From Burkholderiales bacterium (GTDB taxonomy: Bacteria > Pseudomonadota > Gammaproteobacteria > Burkholderiales > JAHFRG01), in NCBI GenBank assembly GCA_035624615.1, contig DASPRE010000002.1, positions 1,160 to 65,159 on the forward strand: a DNA stretch of 64,000 bases. Reading direction: 5' to 3'. Position 1 is the stretch's first letter; the number at the start of each line of letters is the position of its first letter. The notes below the pieces were generated by a model, which saw nothing but the letters and a program-made list of their open reading frames with translations, was not told where the DNA came from and did no database searches. Both the position numbers and the translations under genes were made by a program. Positions 19,074 through 28,124 of the stretch are shown here, one piece after another.

Positions 19074-19755
19074 TATCAAACCGCCAAGTACCTTTTACAC
19101 CCCCATAGTGTATCAATTCTTCGATGATTCGAGTAAATTCCGTGCGCGGAATCTCGCGCGCGCCTAATGACGCCAGATGCGTGGTTTTCATCTGGCAATC
19201 AATGATGCCGAAGTCCCAGCGGGCTAGTTGTTTTACCAGGTGCACAAATGCGATCTTTGATGCGTCGGTCGCGCGTGAGAACATGGACTCGCCGAAAAAC
19301 GCGCGGCCCAGCGCTACACCGTACAGCCCCCCGGACAGCTTGCCCGCTACCCAGGTTTCCACCGAATGAGCATGCCCCATACGATGCAGTTCCACGTAGG
19401 CGTCGATCATTCTCGGGTTGATCCAGGTCCCTCTTTGATTGCGGCGCGGCGCGGCGCAACCTGCAACGACTTGCTCAAAGGCGCGGTCCGCGGAAACCTG
19501 GTAATTGTGTTTTTGCAGCGTCTTGCGCAGGGAACGGGAGGTTTTCAGCTCGGCAGGGAATAACACCATGCGCGGGTTTGGGCTCCACCACAGAATAGGC
19601 TCGTCTTCATTGAACCATGGAAAAATGCCTTTCGAATAAGCGTGGATCAGGCGCTTGCTAGACAAATCGCCGCCCACGGCCAACAGACCGTTGGGTTCAA
19701 TGAGCGCACGCTCTGGAGGTGGAAAAGAAATGTCGGAGGTTAGCCAGGGAATCAT
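19057..19755 (-). CDS. aat: Leucyl/phenylalanyl-tRNA--protein transferase
   Basis: [19 protein letters not shown] and WWSPNPR motifs typical of Aat. Confidence 0.92.
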   Translation of the reverse strand: MIPWLTSDISFPPPERALIEPNGLLAVGGDLSSKRLIHAYSKGIFPWFNEDEPILWWSPNPRMVLFPAELKTSRSLRKTLQKHNYQVSADRAFEQVVAGCAAPRRNQRGTWINPRMIDAYVELHRMGHAHSVETWVAGKLSGGLYGVALGRAFFGESMFSRATDASKIAFVHLVKQLARWDFGIIDCQMKTTHLASLGAREIPRTEFTRIIEELIHYGGVKGTWRFDNDLLE

Positions 19756-19809
19756 CGCTACATTTTAGGCGATCACTCCCTACCCGGCATAGCTCAGGAC
19801 TGCGCCGAT

Positions 19810-20358
19810 TTAATAGCTGGAATATCCGGGTTTGGTCTTCTCAACGAAATGTATTACGCCGCAAGCCATTCTGGGCCCCGAATTACCGGCGGGCTGCGAT
19901 TTCAGGTCATCGGGATTGGCATGCACAATTACGCTTCTGCCGATTATGCTGTTGTCGGCCGTGGGATCCAAACTGATGCCCTCCACTTCCATCGAGAGTC
20001 TGGCGTCGCCCGATGAATCGGCGTCGAGATTGCCCAAGTCGCCGGCGTGGTGTGGTGCGCTATTCGGAGCACCGTGGGGCACGCCAGAGGGATTGAAGTG
20101 CCCGCCTGCACTCATGGCGTCAGCCGCGCTGCAATCGCCTTTTTCATGAATGTGGAAACCGTGCAGGCCCGGCTTGAGGCCATTTACATTTGCTGCCACC
20201 AACACCTTGTTGCCCTTCTGGGTAAATGTAACCGTGCCGCCGACTTGACTTCCCTTTGTAGGCTGCAGGCTTGCGGTTGCACTGGGTGTGGATTCGCCCA
20301 TTCCAGCGCAGCCCGCCACGATAAGAAACAAAAATAAAGCTGCAAACAAAGTTCTCAT
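19810..20358 (-). CDS. sodC: Cu,Zn superoxide dismutase, probable lipoprotein
   Basis: Motifs GFHIHEKGDC and GGHFNP. The signal peptide has a VAGC lipobox. Confidence 0.92.
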   Translation of the reverse strand: MRTLFAALFLFLIVAGCAGMGESTPSATASLQPTKGSQVGGTVTFTQKGNKVLVAANVNGLKPGLHGFHIHEKGDCSAADAMSAGGHFNPSGVPHGAPNSAPHHAGDLGNLDADSSGDARLSMEVEGISLDPTADNSIIGRSVIVHANPDDLKSQPAGNSGPRMACGVIHFVEKTKPGYSSY

Positions 20359-20398
20359 TTTCTCTCCTTTAGCCCCATAGTGAACTGCAAAATGGAGG

Positions 20399-21100
20399 TT
20401 AACATCTGACTTGCTGCTGGCAAAAGCTTGTCAATTCGGAAACGACAGAATCCCGGGATACTGGCGTCTGCGCTACCCGGGAGCCATATTCCAGATTTAG
20501 CCTGAAGTCGTACTTGGAAAAAAAATCGTTGAACAGCTCTCCGCCCAGTGTGCCGACCGCAAACAATTCGTCGTTATTCTTGTTGTATTCAAGCAGGATC
20601 GCAGCAAGCGGCTGATTGGCGGGACCGGAAACCACTTTCGCGCCCTGAGCAGGATCGTATTCGCTGTGCTCCGCGCAGCAGTGAATCACATTGGCACTCC
20701 CTATATTTGAGCTAACGTCACCACGGTAACTGATAAAACTGATCTGCTTAGTTGGATAGGCAAGGCGGTGCGCACAGATCGCAGAATAGGCCACGATAGA
20801 ATGATCCGCACCGACTCCGCCTTTCCAGTGATAGCTTTGGCCGTCAGCGGTAAAAAGCAATGTGTCACTCAGTGTGGGTTTGTCGAGTTTCAGTAGGAAA
20901 CAAGGCGTGCCGAGGAAAGGGTAATTGAAGATATAGTTTTGCTTGACTTGCAACCCAGATGCCTTGAATGGCTGGCCGTCGAGGTTCACCAGGAGCGCCC
21001 TGGAATAAAAGCGGGGCTCAGTATTTTGGGCGGCAAATGTGTCACCGGCGGCCATTGCCGCGGTGGCGGCACAAATCTTGATGAATTCCCGTCGCTCCAT
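20399..21100 (-). CDS. Tat-exported Rieske-type [2Fe-2S]-like protein
   Basis: Twin-arginine leader MERREFIKICAATAAMAA, preceded by the SD-like GGAGAGG. CAH...(29 aa)...CAEH matches the C-x-H/C-x-x-H ligand spacing. Confidence 0.7.
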   Translation of the reverse strand: MERREFIKICAATAAMAAGDTFAAQNTEPRFYSRALLVNLDGQPFKASGLQVKQNYIFNYPFLGTPCFLLKLDKPTLSDTLLFTADGQSYHWKGGVGADHSIVAYSAICAHRLAYPTKQISFISYRGDVSSNIGSANVIHCCAEHSEYDPAQGAKVVSGPANQPLAAILLEYNKNNDELFAVGTLGGELFNDFFSKYDFRLNLEYGSRVAQTPVSRDSVVSELTSFCQQQVRC

Positions 21101-21301
21101 GACCTCTCCGCGATGCCGTTGCTTTTGTAGCACTCAACGCTTTGCAATGTCAACCAGGGGATCGCTCGTTGCAGCAAAAAAACTGGCTGCGAACTGCTCG
21201 CGATTTGAATATGGTCATCGCGGTAAATGGGGCAACAAGCCGCTGGCAATATGCTCCAGTTCAGGCTATTCTTGGATCACGCGTTATCTAGTGGATAGAA
21301 A

Positions 21302-21697
21302 ATGCCCGAAGTAAGCCAGGAGATCGCGAGTTTACTCAAGGAGCTTCGCACCTTTCTTGCCAATGGGAGCGAACCGTGGGAACAGCGGCGCGAGCTCATC
21401 CAAAAGATAAATCATGTAATTGAAGGCGGGGAAGTCGAATTGTTTGTTGGAATGGCCAGGGAGTTGAGCCGAATCGGTGCGACTTACGCCAACCTGCTGC
21501 AGGCGTTTGCTCAGTTCGGCGCGGCGCAGCAGGGCGGAGCAAGTCTTGTCGATTGGTTCACGCATTCATTTCGGCAGCCGCCTTCGATGGTTCAGCCATT
21601 CGCGTTTCAGGCGGGGTTTGATTATTTAAAGCAGCTTTCTGATTTCATGAGCGGTCAAGCGAGGCCCGCAGACGACTCAAGGGAGAAAAAGGATTAA
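21302..21697 (+). CDS. Hypothetical helical protein, 131 aa
   Basis: Clean ORF with an ATG start, transcribed divergently from the Rieske-like gene. No recognisable motif. Confidence 0.55.
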   Translation: MPEVSQEIASLLKELRTFLANGSEPWEQRRELIQKINHVIEGGEVELFVGMARELSRIGATYANLLQAFAQFGAAQQGGASLVDWFTHSFRQPPSMVQPFAFQAGFDYLKQLSDFMSGQARPADDSREKKD

Positions 21698-21791
21698 CTA
21701 AAGGCTGGAAGCTCAGAAAAACGCCCAATGTGTTGCGAGGGTAAATAATTTTGGTCGCAGGTATCGTTCACCCTGCGTGCCCTCAAAAAAA

Positions 21792-21820
21792 CGGGCGTGA
21801 GAGACACGCCCGAAATTTTA
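21792..21820 (+). terminator. Candidate intrinsic terminator
   Basis: 8-bp stem CGGGCGTG/CACGCCCG with loop AGAGA, followed by AAATTTTAT. An A-run upstream means it could act in both directions. Confidence 0.35.
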
Positions 21821-22020
21821 TAAAGGAGAATGAGCAAGCGCTAAACTTCACACTTGCAGATGATTAACAGCAAGAACGGTGCCAAGACTCCATTCTCGGC
21901 TAATCAAGAGGTTATAACCTCAAACGGGAGATGCGCTTGTCCCGGAAACGATGCACGTGTTGCATAATTGTCCGTTATTTTGGCACGATGGTGCGTTCTA
22001 AACAGTTTAAATTTAACAGA

Positions 22021-22704
22021 ATGAATTTCCGGTGTACTTGCGCTTTTTTGCACGTTTCGGTTCTATTGTTATTCGCCATGCCCGCTTTGCCCGAAACCAC
22101 TAAGGAGGCGGATGGGATATTTTTGGTGGCAAAAAAAAGAATCGAGGACCCAAATTTCCGGGAGACAGTGATTCTGGTGAAACCAATTGCCGGGGGAGCT
22201 ATAGGAGTAATTATCAATCGGCCAACCGATATTCCCCTGAGCAAGCTGTTCCCGGATTACCCCGTGTTGAAAGAAAACAACAACGTGGTCTATGTTGGGG
22301 GACCAGTCTATCCTCGGTCGCTGGTGTTCGTGTTTCGTTCTAACGAACAGCCGCGGTTGACCCTGCATATGACCGGGGATGTTTACCTGGGCTTGAGTAT
22401 CGACTTGCTCCAGAAAATGCTCGCCAGCCCGCAACCTCAAGGGCAATTAAAAATTTACGCAGGACACTCAGGCTGGGGTCACGGGCAATTGCAAAACGAA
22501 ATTGAGCGCGGAGACTGGTATGTTGTCCCCGCGGATGCGAGTGTGGTATTTGAAATGGAACCGCAGAAGATCTGGCCTGAGCTGATCAAGAGGGCCAGCA
22601 CGCGAAGCGTAAATGTGGAACAGCCCGCACTGCCTGATAAATCGATTCACCGTATCAGCGGGTTGCTGAACCAACCGGCGAGTGGATTTGGCGAGGTGCG
22701 TTGA
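22021..22704 (+). CDS. YqgE/AlgH family protein with an N-terminal hydrophobic (signal-like) extension
   Basis: UPF0301 core (GIFLVAKKRIEDPNFRETVILV...GAIGVIINRPT...VYVGGPV...GHSGWGHGQLQNEIERGDWY). ATG at 22021 gives the leader MNFRCTCAFLHVSVLLLFAMPALP. Confidence 0.8.
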   Translation: MNFRCTCAFLHVSVLLLFAMPALPETTKEADGIFLVAKKRIEDPNFRETVILVKPIAGGAIGVIINRPTDIPLSKLFPDYPVLKENNNVVYVGGPVYPRSLVFVFRSNEQPRLTLHMTGDVYLGLSIDLLQKMLASPQPQGQLKIYAGHSGWGHGQLQNEIERGDWYVVPADASVVFEMEPQKIWPELIKRASTRSVNVEQPALPDKSIHRISGLLNQPASGFGEVR

Positions 22705-22793
22705 AAAGCGCTGCGGGCTACGCCGCGAAATCAGTGGTGCTCGCTGCCTAAGTTTAGCGTCCGCTTTTTAGGCAGTGTCCGGCGCGTGCACCT

Positions 22794-24272
22794 TCATCGC
22801 GAGTGCTTGCGCAACAATCTACAGTAACCATATTTGCCTACAGGTTCTAACTGTATCAGCATCGAGTCTGGCACGCGCTTAAAGTCCTCGTCTCTGGCAA
22901 CGACAAAACCTTCCCTGATGCCGGAAAGATATATTGAGGCCTTATTGACGTCAGGAATTTCTACGGCTTTGCCTTGTGAATAGAATTCTGCCGAATAAGG
23001 TTTGTCGAATAAATAAATAAGCGGGATTGATGAATCGGAGCGCAGCGCCATGTATCGCGCCACCACGTCCTTTTGAGATTTATATGGAGCTACACCGGGG
23101 GCGATAAAGATCACCAATAGTAGCGCGATCACCGGTACGGGAACAGCGACATACGGTAACCAAGCATGGTCCCAAACGGTATTTGCGCTAGTTTCTCGCG
23201 GCGCATGATATTGCAGAGTTTCCGCCATTAACAATGCAAACGCCGGCAGGCTTGGTAGAACGTAGGTCATCAAAATATTTGCAGTGAACGTGAATAAAAT
23301 CAATGGCGCCGCTGCCCAGAGAATAAGGTAAGTGAGCCAGTTGTCCTTGACGATGGTTGAAAGCAGCGGCCTAAAGCGCACCGTGAACTTAGCTAGCAGA
23401 GCGATGAAAACAAGCGACCACGGAAATGCTGCGGCAATCCAATATACCCAGATCATGCCTCGGGGATGGACGTGGGTTGAACCGTACAGGTCACCCCGCC
23501 AGCCTCTTTGTGTATAACGATCCCAGTGTTCCCCTACAATAAAGTAATAAAGGAAGCCGGGCGTGCGCATTTCAGCCAACAGGTACCAAGGAAGAGCAAT
23601 TGCCAACAGAAGAATGGTTCCTAGTATCCAGGGCAGGTGATCAAATAGCGCGCGCCACTTTTTGTGCAAGAATACCCAGATTCCAATAGGAATCGCTGTC
23701 AGAACGATAGCGACTGGACCCTTGGCGAGAACACCTATGGCTAAGCCAACAAAAAATAGGTAGCCCCAGATACGACCATTGCGCCCGGTTTCAGCCAAAG
23801 CGTGCCAGAAAGCGGCCATCGAGAGGGTGGTGCCAAGAACCAAGGCCTGGTCCGTCATGACTTGACCGGACATAAAGAAAAATAACGCCATCGAACTAAG
23901 CACAAATACTCCCATCACTGCACAATTCCAATTGCGGTGTCTTGAAGCCAAGCGATAAATCAGCCAGCCGATCAATATTGCGAGCACGAATGATGGCAAT
24001 CGTGCAGCAATATCGTTAATCCCGAAGCTGCTTATGGAAGCCGCGGTCAGCCAGAAAGATAAGGGTGGTTTACCCCAAAACGGCACTCCATAACTAATTT
24101 GGGGTGTTATCCAATTGCCGGTTTCAACCATTTTCCTTGATATCTCGGCGTACCGTGACTCGGTCGTATCAAATATCGGATATGCGCCAAGTGTAAGTAC
24201 TCGTGTCCCGACTGTGAACAAGAAAACCAACAGAAATGTTTTTTTCTGCCAATTCATAAGACGATGATTCAT
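22794..24272 (-). CDS. ArnT/PMT-family (GT39/GT83-like) integral membrane glycosyltransferase
   Basis: 492 aa with about 12 hydrophobic helices. The N-terminal loop motif DTTESRYAEISRKMVETGNWITP...FWGKPPL is typical of the PMT_2/ArnT family. Confidence 0.85.
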   Translation of the reverse strand: MNHRLMNWQKKTFLLVFLFTVGTRVLTLGAYPIFDTTESRYAEISRKMVETGNWITPQISYGVPFWGKPPLSFWLTAASISSFGINDIAARLPSFVLAILIGWLIYRLASRHRNWNCAVMGVFVLSSMALFFFMSGQVMTDQALVLGTTLSMAAFWHALAETGRNGRIWGYLFFVGLAIGVLAKGPVAIVLTAIPIGIWVFLHKKWRALFDHLPWILGTILLLAIALPWYLLAEMRTPGFLYYFIVGEHWDRYTQRGWRGDLYGSTHVHPRGMIWVYWIAAAFPWSLVFIALLAKFTVRFRPLLSTIVKDNWLTYLILWAAAPLILFTFTANILMTYVLPSLPAFALLMAETLQYHAPRETSANTVWDHAWLPYVAVPVPVIALLLVIFIAPGVAPYKSQKDVVARYMALRSDSSIPLIYLFDKPYSAEFYSQGKAVEIPDVNKASIYLSGIREGFVVARDEDFKRVPDSMLIQLEPVGKYGYCRLLRKHSR

Positions 24273-24920
24273 GATTTTGCGGAAATTGAGCTGCTGTAAA
24301 TTATCTTTGCAATTTGATTATGGCTCGGAGACACTTAATTACTGAAAAGAGAACTTCTAGGGAATTACAAACGAACTACTTTCGAAGCGTTAAGATTTCA
24401 CCCCGGCCATTAGTATGCCACAGAAAAGACCTACAATTAAAAGCCGTTAAATTCCTACGTTGGCTTGGATCACCCGTGTTGGCCATTAGCATTGATGCAG
24501 GATACCTATCCGAAGCTGTGCTTCGCATATGCTGCGGTGTGATGCACTGTTTGTGCGCTTTTGAAAACGCCAAGCCAACCGGAATCGAGCCCAAATCCGG
24601 GCGGAAAAGTCGCGATACCTCCGTCAATTTTTTTGCGTGTGTCGATGAAACGAATAAAAAACGAAGATCGCGCGGTTGTCGAAAGCAGCGGCGAAGCACA
24701 TACTTAAACGCTTTCAGTGATGATCGGCAGCCATAAAACCCATGGGTGCCCTTCAATTCGTGCCCGGCACACATACGCGAGGATTCTCGGGTCAGATATT
24801 TTCAATCCACTGGGGCAGCGCGGGGGCTTCGGGGCTGTGTCGGGAGAAAGTACAGGGTATCGTTACGGAAAAGATGTCCTGACGGTTCATGAGCAATCTT
24901 AATTGTTTTACAGTGCAAGG

Positions 24921-25940
24921 ATGAAGATATTGTTGGTTCGGCCGGACGGCATTGGCGACCAAGTGTTGTGTTTGCCAGTTGCGTCGGCTCTCCGCAGCCT
25001 GATGCCGGGAGCACATATTACTTTTCTTTCCAGCGTCTACGCGAGCCCGGTATTGCAACATCACCCGGATTTGGACGCGGTCGTCACGGTGAGCGGCAAA
25101 GAACGGTTCAGCGAATTGGTTGCGCTGTTTCGCAAAGGATTCGACGCAGCCGTCTTTCTCAAGCCTTTCCCCAAATTGATGGTTGCTGCGTGGGCCGCGC
25201 GCGTTTCGACTCGAGTTGCCACCGGCTATCGCTGGTACAGCATCTTTGCAAACAAGCGCGTCTACGAACACCGTCACGATTTTTCAAAACACGAAAGCGA
25301 GTATAACCTTGGCATCCTAAGAGGGCTCGGCCTTACGCCTGGCCGAAGCATGCAGCCGATGTTAGTTCTGACCGATGGAGAGCGGGAATGGGCCCGCCAG
25401 AAACTAAAGGGGACGCCCGACCCGCGAGTCATTGTGCACCCTGGCGGAATTTCAACCCGTCGCTGGCGCGCCGAGCACTATTGGAGCCTTGTGGAGAGAC
25501 TAACAAGTGAAGGATATGGCGCGATTCTGACGGGAAGCATCGATGAGGGGCAGCGTTTTCGCGCCGAGATACCGCGTCACCTGGTTTCAGCGAATAGGGC
25601 TGTGGACCTCATGGGGCAGATCAGCTTGCGGGAGCTTATGGCCGTGATCGGGGCCAGCAGCATGCTGGTGGCGGGGTCAAGCGGTCCTATTCATCTTGCA
25701 GCGGGACTGGGTTGCCCCGTGGTAAGCGTGTTTGACCCTCGCCGTAACCAACTTCCTATTCGCTGGCAACCCCTGGGGAAGGGCATCGTGCTGAGACCGG
25801 ACGTGCCGACCTGCGAGAAATGCATCTATGAGGCTTGCCCCTATTGGGATTGTTTGGACCGGATCACAGTGGATCACGTATTGTCCCGGATACAGCAAGT
25901 GCTCGAGCATGCAGAACCGGTGCGTGTACTTCACGTATAG
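24921..25940 (+). CDS. Glycosyltransferase family 9 (LPS heptosyltransferase-like)
   Basis: MKILLVRPDGIGDQVLCLP N-terminus and a GSSGPIHLAAGLGCPVV C-terminal motif. Confidence 0.85.
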   Translation: MKILLVRPDGIGDQVLCLPVASALRSLMPGAHITFLSSVYASPVLQHHPDLDAVVTVSGKERFSELVALFRKGFDAAVFLKPFPKLMVAAWAARVSTRVATGYRWYSIFANKRVYEHRHDFSKHESEYNLGILRGLGLTPGRSMQPMLVLTDGEREWARQKLKGTPDPRVIVHPGGISTRRWRAEHYWSLVERLTSEGYGAILTGSIDEGQRFRAEIPRHLVSANRAVDLMGQISLRELMAVIGASSMLVAGSSGPIHLAAGLGCPVVSVFDPRRNQLPIRWQPLGKGIVLRPDVPTCEKCIYEACPYWDCLDRITVDHVLSRIQQVLEHAEPVRVLHV

Positions 25941-25963
25941 CTCCCCACCTCGAATCCAAAGTT

Positions 25964-26039
25964 GGCGCCCCGAACACGAATCGAACGTGCGACCTGCCCC
26001 TTAGGAGGGGGCTGCTCTATCCACTGAGCTATCGGGGCG
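25964..26039 (-). tRNA. tRNA-Arg (anticodon CCT)
   Basis: A hand-folded cloverleaf from the reverse complement, 76 nt in total. Acceptor GCCCCGA/TCGGGGC. D-arm GCTC-AGTGGATA-GAGC. Anticodon arm GCCCC-CTCCTAA-GGGGC. T-arm GCACG-TTCGATT-CGTGT. Discriminator G, with encoded CCA. Confidence 0.93.
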
Positions 26040-26145
26040 AAGCGCGCATTCTAGCCCATATCGCAATCGCTTATAACATGCCCGGGTAAAACTCAGGACG
26101 ATACTCATCGCCAAGGGCCATGTTCGCCGGTGACCATGTTGAAGC

Positions 26146-28026
26146 CTACTGCTGTCGTGGCCGTGTTATTCCTTCAATGACCCCTGAAGGAGGCCCGTCG
26201 CCGGTTGACCGCTCCGGCGCTAATTCCACCGCCGGATAATAAAATCCTGACAGCTTTCGCTGCCACCAGATTCCTTCGGTTTGCTTTTCTTCAGGGCTTG
26301 AAAACCGGTACTGATAAAGCAGCGCGCGTAGGTATCGGGGAGGCCTGTCAGGAAACGGATTGCCATCAAGCAGCGCAACGACATCCTGAGAATTTTCCAA
26401 TAGACGCTGCAACAGGCCTGAAAACCAAGGGTTGCTACTCGGTGTCCCTAGCGCGGCAAACCACATCTGCCAATCGAGCCGTGGCTGGTGCGGGATGTTC
26501 CACGGCGGCCGCCGTTTTACATCGCCGGGCTTGAACTTGAATGCGTATTCTTTCCATTGAACGCCGTCATTCGAGCCTTCGATAATAATTTCCGGGCGTT
26601 CGGTGGTCATTACCGCGAACACGCCATAAGTATTGACGAAGCGTAACGGCGCAATGCCATATTCTGCCCACCTGACCGGCGCGGGCATGCGGCCGCTGAA
26701 TGTAGCATAAAGTTGCCCGCTGCTTACAAACACTATCAAAAGTGCAAGGAAACCGGAAACGAAAGAAATAATTTTGCCGGGTTCTACGGATGGGTTGCGC
26801 TGTTGCAGCGACAGGACCAGGCGCTGCGGAAGGACCCTTTGCAGTGCCGCGTCGTCGAACAGCAGAAGGCATAAAACCATGGTGAGGAGATTGAAGAAAT
26901 TGTAATTACCGGTCAGTGAAATGCAAATCTGAAGGAGAAGAAAACCGAATGCCGCGCCGAAGCGCAGTCGTCTGGGGAAGAAAATGAAAAACGGCAATAC
27001 TAGTTCGATGACGAAAGTCGCTGCTGTTGCAATCATCAGCACGCCATGCGACAAATGATCGGCATACCAAGCAATTGGGGTTGGCAGCGGCTGCGTCTGA
27101 AAGTGGTAGGAGAGCGCAGAAAGGCTCCGCCAAGTGGAATCACCGCTCAAAAGCTTGACCGCGCCCGAAAGAAACATGAAGCGAAATAACAGCCAGCGCA
27201 ATAGCCAGATGCCAATTTGTGGAGTGACGCTCAGCAAAACCGCGAGAAATCCGCATTCGAGCAAGAGCAAGTCCCATTGAAAGGTCATGAAATCCTGACC
27301 TGCATAAAAAAGCGAGAGGTAAAGCGCATAAAGCAGAAGCAAGCACAGGCGCGGTAGAATATTGAATACCAGCAGCAAGGATAGCGCAGCACCCGCCCAG
27401 CAGATGACTTGTATCGCTAGATCCGCGGACGCCAGCCAGAACACCATCGGAAACAGCCAGTAACGCTCCACTCCGAAATAGTGCTTGATGGCATCGATAA
27501 ATTCAGAAAGCGGCAGTATGCCGTGGCTGCCGATCAGTCCAAGCGCCTGCACTCCGATGGAAACAAATGCGGCGAGGTAAATCAACCCAATCGCACGCAT
27601 AAAAAACCAGATAACCAGCTGGAAGCGGGGCGGCGTGAAATCGCGTCCCCATAGCCACAGGCTGAAGCGGTGAAATGCGGGGCGGTGCGAAGCAATTAAA
27701 GCATATGCCCGTTCGGAGACTTTAGCGAAACCTGGGAGCTTACGGTAAAGCAGGAGCCAGAATCCTTTGCCGCGGGCGTGACTCAGGGTAAGAAAACTGG
27801 CTTCTGCAGCGCTTGCTATTTTTCCGTCGGACGCAATGTATTGGACTGCCCGCTGGAATTCTGCAACCGATATTTTCGGGAAGCGCGAAGCAGCCCGCTG
27901 GTATGGCTCGTAATTCACCCGGTCCTGAGTGAGCTTTTGCCAATAGCGCGCCCAGTAAGCGCAAAATCCGCAATCGCCGTCATAAATAAGGGTCGGCTTG
28001 GAGCTGTCTGGATTGTTTGGTCGCAT
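26146..28026 (-). CDS. Fusion protein: N-terminal DCC-family thiol-disulfide oxidoreductase (DUF393) plus a polytopic lipase maturation factor (LMF)-family domain
   Basis: N-terminal YDGDCGFCAYWARYW (DCC motif). This is followed by many hydrophobic helices and a C-terminal soluble region (FVNTYGVFAVMT...PHQPRLDWQMWFAAL), as in the LMF1/TMEM112 family. Confidence 0.8.
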   Translation of the reverse strand: MRPNNPDSSKPTLIYDGDCGFCAYWARYWQKLTQDRVNYEPYQRAASRFPKISVAEFQRAVQYIASDGKIASAAEASFLTLSHARGKGFWLLLYRKLPGFAKVSERAYALIASHRPAFHRFSLWLWGRDFTPPRFQLVIWFFMRAIGLIYLAAFVSIGVQALGLIGSHGILPLSEFIDAIKHYFGVERYWLFPMVFWLASADLAIQVICWAGAALSLLLVFNILPRLCLLLLYALYLSLFYAGQDFMTFQWDLLLLECGFLAVLLSVTPQIGIWLLRWLLFRFMFLSGAVKLLSGDSTWRSLSALSYHFQTQPLPTPIAWYADHLSHGVLMIATAATFVIELVLPFFIFFPRRLRFGAAFGFLLLQICISLTGNYNFFNLLTMVLCLLLFDDAALQRVLPQRLVLSLQQRNPSVEPGKIISFVSGFLALLIVFVSSGQLYATFSGRMPAPVRWAEYGIAPLRFVNTYGVFAVMTTERPEIIIEGSNDGVQWKEYAFKFKPGDVKRRPPWNIPHQPRLDWQMWFAALGTPSSNPWFSGLLQRLLENSQDVVALLDGNPFPDRPPRYLRALLYQYRFSSPEEKQTEGIWWQRKLSGFYYPAVELAPERSTGDGPPSGVIEGITRPRQQ

Positions 28027-28124
28027 GGCGATAGATTATGCCTGAAGGAAAAAAGCATCGATAATGGTCCAGATAGGCATTTGGCTTACAATGTATCCAC
28101 CTCATCGTCACTTGGCTAAAGATT

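Noticed and set aside
21826-21843. Mini-ORF ATG AGC AAG CGC TAA directly after an AAGGAGA sequence.
   Set aside because: It has only 4 codons, and the SD-like sequence abuts the ATG with essentially no spacer. There is no evidence for leader-peptide attenuation logic: no relevant codon run and no alternative hairpins.
24314-24774. ORFs 24314-24736(+) and 24376-24774(-) as real genes in the glycosyltransferase spacer.
   Set aside because: They are mutually overlapping on opposite strands. Their composition is Arg/Cys/Ser-rich and implausible, with no motif and no RBS. I treat the region as non-coding or decayed (see findings).
25835-26089. ORF 25835-26089(+), spanning the end of the GT9 gene and the tRNA-Arg locus.
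   Set aside because: It overlaps a cleanly folding 76-nt tRNA on the opposite strand and the 3' end of a real gene. No coding support.
22794-28026. Genomic island integrated at tRNA-Arg(CCT).
   Set aside because: There is no integrase, transposase or phage gene, and I could find no direct repeat of the tRNA 3' end on either side. The neighbouring genes (GT9, GT39-like, LMF fusion) are plausible chromosomal envelope genes. Only a mild by-eye AT enrichment in 22794-24920 hints at foreign origin.
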